Shown piece by piece: positions 28,601 through 39,400 of a stretch of DNA of 64,000 nucleotides. The translations under genes were made by a program, and so were the position numbers. A model generated the notes under the pieces. The model searched no databases, was not told where the DNA came from, and was given only the letters and a program-made list of their open reading frames with translations. The stretch is from Eledone cirrhosa. Taxonomy: Eukaryota. Numbering within the stretch: the first letter of the stretch is position 1; each line of letters starts with the position of its first letter. Where the stretch lies: contig OZ024740.1 in the NCBI GenBank assembly GCA_964016885.1, positions 138,012,001-138,076,000 of the forward strand, given 5' to 3'.

Positions 28601-31600
28601 TCTTTCTTTCATCACTTTTCTCTCAATCTCCAATTCTCTCTTTCTCTTATCACTTTTCTCTCAATCTCCAATTCTCTCTTTCTCTTATCACTTTTCTCTC
28701 AATATCTAATTCTCTCTTTCTCTTATCACTTTTCTCTCAATCTGCAATTCTCTCTTTCTCTTATCACTTTTCTCTCAATCTCCAATTCTCTCTTTCTCTT
28801 ATCACTTTTCTGCCAATCTCCAATTCTCTGTTTCTCTTATCACTTTACTCTCAATCTCAAATTCTCTCTTTCTCTTATCACTTTTCTCTCAATCTCCAAT
28901 TCTTTCTTTCTCTAATCACTTTTCTCTCAATCTCCAATTCTCTCTTTCTCTTATCACTTTTCCCCCAATTTACCATTCTCTCTTTCTCTTATCACTTTTC
29001 TTTCAATCTCCAATTCTCTCCTTCTCTTACCACTTTTCGCTCAATCTCCAATTCTCTCTTTCTCCTCTCACTTTTCCCCCAATCTCCAATTCTCACTCTT
29101 TCTCTTATCACTTTTCTCTCAATCTCCAATTCTCTCTTTCTTTTCTCACTTTTCCCCCAATCTCCAATTCTCTCTTTCTCTTATCAGTTTTCTCTCAATC
29201 TCCAATTCTCTCTTTCTCTTATCACTTTTCTCTCAATCTCCAATTCTCTCTTTCTCTTATCACTTTTCCTCCAATATCCAATTCTCTCTTTCTCTTATCA
29301 CTTTTCTCTCAATCTCCAATTCTCTCTTTCTCTTATCTCTTTTCTCTCAATCTCCAATTCTTTCTTTCTCTTATTACTTTTCTCTCGATTTCTAATTCTC
29401 TCTTTCTCTTATCACTTTTCTTTCAATCTCCAATTCTCTCTTTGTCTTATCACTTTTCTCTCAATCTCCAATTCTCTCTTTCTCCTCTCACTTTTCCCCC
29501 ATCTCCAATTCTCTCTCTTTCTCTTATCACTTTTCTCTCAATCTCCAATTCTCTCTCACTTTTCTCACTTTTCCCCCAATCTCCAATCCTCTCTTTCTCT
29601 TCACACTTTTCCCCCAATCTCCAATTCTCTCTTTCTCTCATCAATTTTCTTTATATATCCAATTCTCTCTTCCTCTTATCAATTTTCTCTTGATCTCCAA
29701 TTCTCTCTTTCTCTTGTCACTTTTCCCCCAATCTCCAATTCTCTCTTTCTCTTATCACTTTTCTCTCAATCTCCAATTCTCTCTTTCTTTCATCACTTTT
29801 CTCTCAATCTCCAATTCTCTCTTTCTCTTATCACTTTTCTCTCAATCTCCAATTCTCTCTTTCTCATATCACTTTTCTCTCAATATCTAATTCTCTCTTT
29901 CTCTTATCACTTTTCTCTCAATCTCCAATTCTCTCTTTCTCTTATCACTTTTCTCTCAATCTCCAATTCTCTCTTTCTCTTATCACTTTTCCCCCAATCT
30001 CCAATTCTCTCTTTCTCCTCTCACTTTTCCCCTAATCTCCAATTCTCTCTCTTTCTCTTATCACTTTTCTCTCAATCTCCAATTCTCTCTTTCTTTTCTC
30101 ACTTTTCCCCCAATCTCCAATTCTCTCTTTCTCTTCACACTTTTCCCCCAATCTGCAATTCTCTCTTTCTCTCATCAATTTTCTCTATATCTCCAATTCT
30201 CTCTTCCTCTTATCATTTTTCTCTCAATCTCCAATTCTCTCGTTCTCTTATCACTTTTCTCTCAATCTCCAATTCTCTATTTCTCTTATCACTTTTCCCC
30301 CAATCTCCAATTCTCTCTTTCTCTTATCACTTTTCTCTCAATCTCCAATTCTTTCTTTCTCTTATTACTTTTCTCTCGATTTCTAATTCTCTCTTTCTCT
30401 TATCACTTTTCTTTCAATCTTCAATTCTCTCTTTGTCTTATCACTTTTCTCTCAATCTCCAATTCTCTCTTTCTCCTCTCACTTTTCCCCCAATCTCCAA
30501 TTCTCTCTCTTTCTCTTATCACTTTTCTCTCAATCACCAATTCTCTCTTTCTTTTCTCACTTTTCCCCCAATCTCCAATTCTCTCTTTCTCTTCACACTT
30601 TTCCCCCAATCTCCAATTCTCTCTTTCTATCATCAATTTTCTCTATATCTCCAATTCTCTCTTCCTCTTATCATTTTTCTCTTAATCTCCAATTCTCTCT
30701 TTCTCTTCTCACTTTTCCCCCAATCTCCAATTCTCTCTTTCTCTTCTCACTTTTCCCCCAATCTCCAATTCTCTCTTTCTCTCGTCACTTTTCTCTCAAT
30801 CTCCAAATCTCTCTTTCTCTTATCACTTTTCTCAAAATCTCCAATTCTATCTTTCTCTTCTCACTTTTCTCTCAATCTCCAATCCTCTCTTTCTGTTATC
30901 ACTTTTCTCTCAATCTCCAATTATCTCTTTCTCTTATCACTTTTCTCTCAATCTCCAATTCTCTCTTTCTCTTATCACCTTTCCCCCAATATCCAATTCT
31001 CTCTTTCTCTTATCACTTTTCTCTCAATCTCCAATTCTTTCTTTCTCTTATTACTTTTCTCTCAATTTCTAATGCTCTCTTTCTCTTATCACTTTTCTTT
31101 CAATCTCCAATTCTCTCTTTCTCTTATCACTTTTCCCCCAATCTACAATTCTCACTTTCTCTTATCACTTTTTCTCTCAATCTCCAATTCTCTCTTTCTC
31201 ATATCACTTTTTTCTCAATCTCCAATTCTCTCATTCTCTTATCACTTTTCTCTCAATCTCCAATTCTCTCTTTCTCTTATCACTTTTCCCCCAATCTCCA
31301 ATTCTTTCTTTCTCTTATCACTTTTCTCACTATCTCCAATACTCTCTTTCTCTTATTAATTTTCTCTCAATCTCCAATTCTTTCTTTCTCTTATCACTTT
31401 TCTCTCAATCTCCAATTCTTTCTTTCTCTTATCACTTTTCTCTCAATCTCCCATTCTGTCTTTCTCTTATCACTTTTCCCCCAATCTCCAGTTCTCTCTT
31501 TCTCATATCACTTTTCTCTCAATCTCCAATTCTCTCTTTCTCTTATCAGTTTCCTCTCAATCTCCAATTCTCTCTTTCTCTTATCACTTTTCTCTCAATC

Positions 31601-34600
31601 TCCAATTCTCTCTTTCTCTTATCACTTTTCCTCCAATATCCAATTCTCTCTTTCTCTTATCACTTTTCTCTCAATCTCCAATTCTCTCTTTCTCTTATCT
31701 CTTTTCTCTCAATCTCCAATTCTTTCTTTCTCTTATTACTTTTCTCTCAATTTCTAATTCCCTCTTTCTCTTATCACTTTTCTTTCAATCTCCAATTCTC
31801 TCTTTCTCTTATCACTTTTCTCTCAATCTCCAATTCTCTCTTTCTCCTCTCACTTTTCCCCCCAATCTCCAATTCTCTCTCTTTCTCTTATCACTTTTCT
31901 CTCAATCTCCAATTCTCTCTCTCTTTTCTCACTTTTCCCCCAATCTCCAATTCTCTCTTTCTCTTCACACTTTTCCCCCAATCTGCAATTCTCTCTTTCT
32001 CTCATCAATTTTCTCTATATCTCCAATTCTCTCTTCCTCTTATCAATTTTCTCTTAATCTCCAATTCTCTCTTTCTCTTCTCACTTTTCCCCCAATCTCC
32101 AATTCTCTCTTTCTCTTATCACTTTTCTCTCAATCTCCAATTCTCTCTTTCTTTCATCACTTTTCTCTCAATCTCCAATTCTCTCTTTCTCTTATCACTT
32201 TTCTCTCAATCTCCAATTCTCTCTTTCTCTTATCACTTTTCTCTCAATATCTAATTCTCTCTTTCTCTTATCACTTTTCTCTCAATCTCCAATTCTCTCT
32301 TTCTCTTATCACTTTTCTCTCAATCTCCAATTCTCTCTTTCTCTTATCACTTTTCTGCCAATCTCCAATTCTCTGTTTCTCTTATCACTTTACTCTCAAT
32401 CTCAAATTCTCTCTTTCTCTTATCACTTTTCTCTCAATCTCCAATTCTTTCTTTCTCTAATCACTTTTCTCTCAATCTCCAATTCTCTCTTTCTCTTATC
32501 ACTTTTCCCCCAATTTACCATTCTCTCTTTCTCTTATCACTTTTCTTTCAATCTCCAATTCTCTCCTTCTCTTATCACTTTTCTCTCAATCTCCAATTCT
32601 CTCTTTCTCCTCTCACTTTTCCCCCAATCTCCAATTCTCTCTCTTTCTCTTATCACTTTTCTCTCAATCTCCAATTCTCTCTTTCTTTTCTCACTTTTCC
32701 CCCAATCTCCAATTCTCTCTTTCTCTTCACACTTTTCCACCAATCTGCAATTCTCTCTTTCTCTCATCAATTTTCTCTATATCTCCAATTCTCTCTTTCT
32801 CTTATCACTTTTCTCTCAATCTCCAATTCTCTATTTCTCTTATCACTTTTCCCCCAATCTCCAATTCTCTCTTTCTTTCATCACTTTTCTCTCAATCTCC
32901 AATTCTCTCTTTCTCTTATCACTTTTCTCTCAATCTCCAATTCTCTCTTTCTCATATCACTTTTCTCTCAATATCTAATTCTCTCTTTCTCTTATCACTT
33001 TTCTCTCAATCTCCAATTCTCTCTTTCTCTTATCACTTTTCTCTCAATCTCCAATTCTCTCTTTCTCTTATCACTTTTCTGCCAATCTCCAAATCTCTGT
33101 TTCTCTTATCACTTTACTCTCAATCTCCAATTCTCTCTTTCTCTTATCACTTTTCTCTCAATCTCCAATTCTTTCTTTCTCTGATCACTTTTCTCTCAAT
33201 CTCCAATTCTCTCTTTCTCTTATCACTTTTCCCCCAATCTACCATTCTCTCTTTCTCTTATCACTTTTCTTTCAATCTCCAATTCTCTCTTTCTCTTATC
33301 ACTTTTCTCTCAATCTCCAATTCTCTCTTTCTCCTCTCACTTTTCCCCTAATCTCCAATTCTCTCTCTTTCTCTTATCACTTTTCTCTCAATCTCCAATT
33401 CTCTCTTTCTTTTCTCACTTTTCCCCCAATCTCCAATTCTCTCTTTCTATTCACACTTTTCCCCCAATCTGCAATTCTCTCTTTCTCTCATCAATTTTCT
33501 CTATATCTCCAATTCTCTCCTCCTCTTATCATTTTTCTCTCAATCTCCAATTCTCTCTTTCTCTTATCACTTTTCTCTCAATCTCCAATTCTCTATTTCT
33601 CTTATCACTTTTCCCCCAATCTCCAATTCTCTCTTTCTCTTATCACTTTTCTCTCAATCTCCAATACTTTCTTTCTCTTATTACTTTTCTCTCGATTTCT
33701 AATTCTCTCTTTCTCTTATCACTTTTCTTTCAATCGTCAATTCTCTCTTTGTCTTATCACTTTTCTCTCATCTCCAATTCTCTCTTTCTCCTCTCACTTT
33801 TCCCCCAATCTCCAATTCTCTCTCTTTTTCTTATCACTTTTCTCTCAATCACCAATTCTCTCTTTCTTTTCTCACTTTTCCCCCAATCTCCAATTCTCTC
33901 TTTCTCTTCACACTTTTCCCCCAATCTCCAATTCTCTCTTTCTCTCATCAATTTTCTCTATATCTCCAATTCTCTCTTCCTCTTATCATTTTTCTCTTAA
34001 TCTCCAATTCTCTCTTTCTCTTCTCACTTTTCCCCCAATCTCCAATTCTCTCTTTCTCTTCTCACTTTTCCCCCAATCTCCAATTCTCTCTTTCTCTCGT
34101 CACTTTTCTCTCAATCTCCAATTCTCTCTTTCTCTTATCACTTTTCTCTCAATCTCCAATTCTCTCTTTCTCTTATCACTTTTCTCTCAATCTCAAATTC
34201 TCTCTTTCTTTCATCACCTTTCTCTCAATCTCCAATTCTCTCTTTCTCTTATCACTTTTCTGCCAACTTCCAATTCTCTCTTTCTCTTAGCACTTTACTC
34301 TCAATCTCCAATTCTCTCTTTCTCTTATCAATTTTCTCTCAATCTCCAATTCTTTCCTTCTCTTATCACTTTTCTCTCAATCTCCCATTCTGTCTTTCCT
34401 TATCACTTTTCCCCCAATCTCCAATTCTCTCTTTCTCATATCACTTTTCTCTCAATCTCCAATTCTCTCTTTCTCTTATCAGTTTTCTCTCAATCTCCAA
34501 TTCTCTCTTTCTCTTATCACTTTTCTCTCAATCTCCAATTCTCTCTTTCTCTTATCACTTTTCCTCCAATATCCAATTCTCTCTTTCTCTTATCACTTTT

Positions 34601-35299
34601 CTCTCAATCTCCAATTCTCTCTTTCTCTTATCACTTTTCTCTCAATCTGCAATTCTTTCTTTCTCTTATTACTTTTCTCTCAATTTCTAATTCTCTCTTT
34701 CTCTTATCACTTTTCTTTCAATCTCTAATTCTCTCTTTCTCTTATCACTTTTCTCTCAAACTCCAATTCTCTCTTTCTCCTCTCACTTTTCCCCCCAATC
34801 TCCAATTCTCTCTCTTTCTCTTATCACTTTTCTCTCAATCTCCAATTCTCTCTCTCTTTTCTCACTTTTCCCCCAATCTCCAATTCTCTCTTTCTCTTCA
34901 CACTTTTCCCCCAATCTGCAATTCTCTCTTTCTCTCATCAATTTTCTCTATATCTCCAATTCTCTCTTCCTCTTATCAATTTTCTCTTAATCTCCAATTC
35001 TCTCTTTCTCTTCTCACTTTTCCCCCAATCTCCAATTCTCTCTTTCTCTTATCACTTTTCTCTCAATCTCCAATTCTCTCTTTCTTTCATCACTTTTCTC
35101 TCAATCTCCAATTCTCTCTTTCTCTTATCACTTTTCTCTCAATCTCCAATTCTCTCTTTCTCTTATCACTTTTCTCTCAATATCTAATTCTCTCTTTCTC
35201 TTATCACTTTTCTCTCAATCTCCAAATCTCTCTTTCTCTTATCACTTTTCTCTCAATCTCCAATTCTCTCTTTCTCTTATCACTTTTCTCTCAATCTCC

Positions 35300-36700
35300 A
35301 ATTCTCTCTGTTTCTTGTCACTTTTCTCTCAATCTCCAATTCTCTCTTTCTCTTATCACTTTTCTCTCAATCTCCAATTCTCTCTTTCTCTTATCACTTT
35401 TCTCTCAATCTCCAATTCTCTCTTTCTCTTATCACTTTTCTCTCAATCTCCAATTCTCCCTTTCTCTCATCACTTTTCTCTCAATCTCCAATTCTCTCTT
35501 TTTCTTATCACTTTTCTCTCAATCTCTAATTCTCTCTGTTTCTTATCACTTTTCTCTCAATCTCATATTCTCTATTTCTCTTATTACTTTTCTCTCAATC
35601 TCCAATTCTCTCTTTCTCATATCACTTTTCTCTCAATCTCCAATTTTCTCTTTCTCTTATCACATTTCTCTAAATCTCCACTTCTCTCTTTCTCTTGTCA
35701 CTTTTCTCTCAACCTCCCATTCTCTCTTTCTCTTATGACGTTTCTCACAATCACCAATTCTCTCTGTCTCTTATCACTTTTCTCTCAATCACCAATTCTC
35801 ACTGTCTCTTATCACTTTTCTCTCAATCTCCAAATCTCTCTTTCTCTTATCACTTTTCCCTCAATCTCCAATTCTCTCTTTCTCTTATCACTTTTCTCTC
35901 AATCTCCAATTCTCTCTTTCTCTTATGACTTTTCTCTCAATCTCCAATTCTCTCTTTCTCTTATCACTTTTCTCTCAATCTCCAATTCTCTCTTTCTCTT
36001 ATCACTTTTCTCTCAATCTCCAATTCCCTCTTTCTCTGATCACTGTTCTCTCAATCTCCAATTCTCTCTTTCTCTTATCACTTTTCTCTCAATCTCCAAT
36101 TCTCTCTTTCTCTTATCACTTTTCTCTCAATCTCCAATTCTCTCTTTCTCTTATCAATTTTCTCTCAATCTTCAATTCTCTCTGTTTCTTATCACTTTTC
36201 TCTCAATCTCCAATTCTCTCTTTCTCTTATCACTTTTCTCTCGATCTCCAATTCTCTCTTTCTCTTATCACTTTTCTCTCAATCTCCAATTCTCTCTTTC
36301 TCTTATCACTATTCTCTCAATCCCCAATTCTCTCTTTCACTTCTCACTTTTCTCTCAATCTCCAATTCTCTCTTTCTCTTATCACTTTTCTCTCAATCTC
36401 CAATTCCCTCTTCCTCTGATCACTGTTCTCTCAATCTACAATTCTCTCTTTCTCTTATCACTTTTCTCTCAATCTCCAATTCTCTCTTTCTCTTATCACT
36501 TTTCTCTCAATCTCCAATTCTCTATTTCTCTTATCACTTTTCTCTCGATCTCCAATTCTCTCTTTCTCTTATCACTTTTCTCTCAATCTCCAATTCTCTC
36601 TGTTTCTTGTCACTTTTCTCTCAATCTCCAATTCTCTCTTTCTCTTATCACTTTTCTCTCAATCTCCAATTCTCTCTTTCTCTTATCACTTTTCTCTCAA
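35300..36700. repeat. Island of subfamily II monomers (first copy of the I/II junction)
   Basis: First appearance of ctctgtttctt (about 35,308), ctcatatt (35,563), aacctccc (35,711), ttatgacgtt (35,733) and ctgatcactgtt (36,036). No type I cassette is present. Confidence 0.85.
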
Positions 36701-39400
36701 TCTCCAATTCTCTATTTCTCTTATCACTTTTCCCCCAATCTCCAATTCTCTCTTTCTTTCATCACTTTTCTCTCAATCTCCAATTCTCTCTTTCTCTTAT
36801 CACTTTTCTCTCAATCTCCAATTCTCTCTTTCTCATATCACTTTTCTCTCAATATCTAATTCTCTCTTTCTCTTATCACTTTTCTCTCAATCTCCAATTC
36901 TCTCTTTCTCTTATCACTTTTCTCTCAATCTCCAATTCTTTCTTTCTCTGATCACTTTTCTCTCAATCTCCAATTCTCTCTTTCTCTTATCACTTTTCCC
37001 CCAATCTACCATTCTCTCTTTCTCTTATCACTTTTCTTTCAATCTCCAATTCTCTCTTTCTCTTATCACTTTTCTCTCAATCTCCAATTCTCTCTTTCTC
37101 CTCTCACTTTTCCCCTAATCTCCAATTTTCTCTCTTTCTCTTATCACTTTTCTCTCAATCTCCAATTCTCTCTTTCTTTTCTCACTTTTCCCCCAATCTC
37201 CAATTCTCTCTTTCTATTCACACTTTTCCCCCAATCTGCAATTCTCTCTTTCTCTCATCAATTTTCTCTATATCTCCAATTCTCTCTTCCTCTTATCATT
37301 TTTCTCTCAATCTCCAATTCTCTCTTTCTCTTATCACTTTTCTCTCAATCTCCAATTCTCTATTTCTCTTATCACTTTTCCCCCAATCTCCAATTCTCTC
37401 TTTCTCTTATCACTTTTCTCTCAATCTCCAATACTTTCTTTCTCTTATCACTTTTCTCTCGATCTCCAATTCTCTCTTTCTCTTATCACTTTTCTCTCAA
37501 TCTCCAATTCTCTCTGTTTCTTGTCACTTTTCTCTCAATCTCCAATTCTCTCTTTCTCTTATCACTTTTCTCTCAATCTCCAATTCTCTCTTTCTCTTAT
37601 CACTTTTCTCTCAATCTCCAATTCTCTATTTCTCTTATCACTTTTCCCCCAATCTCCAATTCTCTCTTTCTTTCATCACTTTTCTCTCAATCTCCAATTC
37701 TCTCTTTCTCTTATCACTTTTCTCTCAATCTCCAATTCTCTCTTTCTCATATCACTTTTCTCTCAATATCTAATTCTCTCTTTCTCTTATCACTTTTCTC
37801 TCAATCTCCAATTCTCTCTTTCTCTTATCACTTTTCTCTCAATCTCCAATTCTTTCTTTCTCTGATCACTTTTCTCTCAATCTCCAATTCTCTCTTTCTC
37901 TTATCACTTTTCCCCCAATCTACCATTCTCTCTTTCTCTTATCACTTTTCTTTCAATCTTCAATTCTCTCTTTGTCTTATCACTTTTCTCTCATCTCCAA
38001 TTCTCTCTTTCTCCTCTCACTTTTCCCCCAATCTCCAATTCTCTCTCTTTTTCTTATCACTTTTCTCTCAATCACCAATTCTCTCTTTCTTTTCTCACTT
38101 TTCCCCCAATCTCCAATTCTCTCTTTCTCTTCACACTTTTCCCCCAATCTCCAATTCTCTCTTTCTCTCATCAATTTTCTCTATATCTCCAATTCTCTCT
38201 TCCTCTTATCATTTTTCTCTTAATCTCCAATTCTCTCTTTCTCTTCTCACTTTTCCCCCAATCTCCAATTCTCTCTTTCTCTTCTCACTTTTCCCCCAAT
38301 CTCCAATTCTCTCTTTCTCTCGTCACTTTTCTCTCAATCTCCAATTCTCTCTTTCTCTTATCACTTTTAATGCCAACTTCCAATTCTCTCTTTCTCTTAG
38401 CACTTTACTCTCAATCTCCAATTCTCTCTTTCTCTTATCAATTTTCTCTCAATCTCCAATTCTTTCCTTCTCTTATCACTTTTCTCTCAATCTCCCATTC
38501 TGTCTTTCCTTATCACTTTTCCCCCAATCTCCAATTCTCTCTTTCTCATATCACTTTTCTCTCAATCTCCAATTCTCTCTTTCTCTTATCAGTTTTCTCT
38601 CAATCTCCAATTCTCTCTTTCTCTTATCACTTTTCTCTCAATCTCCAATTCTCTCTTTCTCTTATCACTTTTCCTCCAATATCCAATTCTCTCTTTCTCT
38701 TATCACTTTTCTCTCAATCTCCAATTCTCGCTTTCTCTTATCACTTTTCTCTCAATCTCCAATTCTTTCTTTCTCTTATTACTTTTCTCTCAATTTCTAA
38801 TTCTCTCTTTCTCTTATCACTTTTCTTTCAATCTCTAATTCTCTCTTTCTCTTATCACTTTTCTCTCAAACTCCAATTCTCTCTTTCTCCTCTCACTTTT
38901 CCCCCCAATCTCCAATTCTCTCTCTTTCTCTTATCACTTTTCTCTCAATCTCCAATTCTCTCTCTCTTTTCTCACTTTTCCCCCAATCTCCAATTCTCTC
39001 TTTCTCTTCACACTTTTCCCCCAATCTGCAATTCTCTCTTTCTCTCATCAATTTTCTCTATATCTCCAATTCTCTCTTCCTCTTATCAATTTTCTCTTAA
39101 TCTCCAATTCTCTCTTTCTCTTCTCACTTTTCCCCCAATCTCCAATTCTCTCTTTCTCTTATTAATTTTCTCTCAATCTCCAATTCTCTCTTTCTTTCAT
39201 CACTTTTCTCTCAATCTCCAATTCTCTCTTTCTCTTATCACTTTTCTCTCAATCTCCAATTCTCTCTTTCTCTTATCACTTTTCTCTCAATATCTAATTC
39301 TCTCTTTCTCTTATCACTTTTCTCTCAATCTCCAAATCTCTCTTTCTCTTATCACTTTTCTCTCAATCTCCAATTCTCTCTTTCTCTTATCACTTTTCTC
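36700..39400. repeat. Second stretch of subfamily I monomers, a copy of about 32,830-35,300
   Basis: Shares rare markers with 32.8-35.3 kb: tctacc (33,238/37,005), ctattcacac (33,447/37,214), caatactttc (33,662/37,429), ctctcatctcc (33,765/37,988), tgccaacttc (34,261/38,371) and ttagcac (34,287/38,397). Confidence 0.88.

Larger units (their letters stand above)
1..35300. repeat. Satellite subfamily I domain (cassette-rich, irregular higher-order repeats)
   Basis: Diagnostic variants are ctcctctcacttttccccc, ttcacacttttc..caatctgca, ctcatcaattttctctatatc, cttcctctt, ttttctgcc, tttactc, aatatcta and ttctaatgctc. All recur throughout this interval. Confidence 0.9.
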
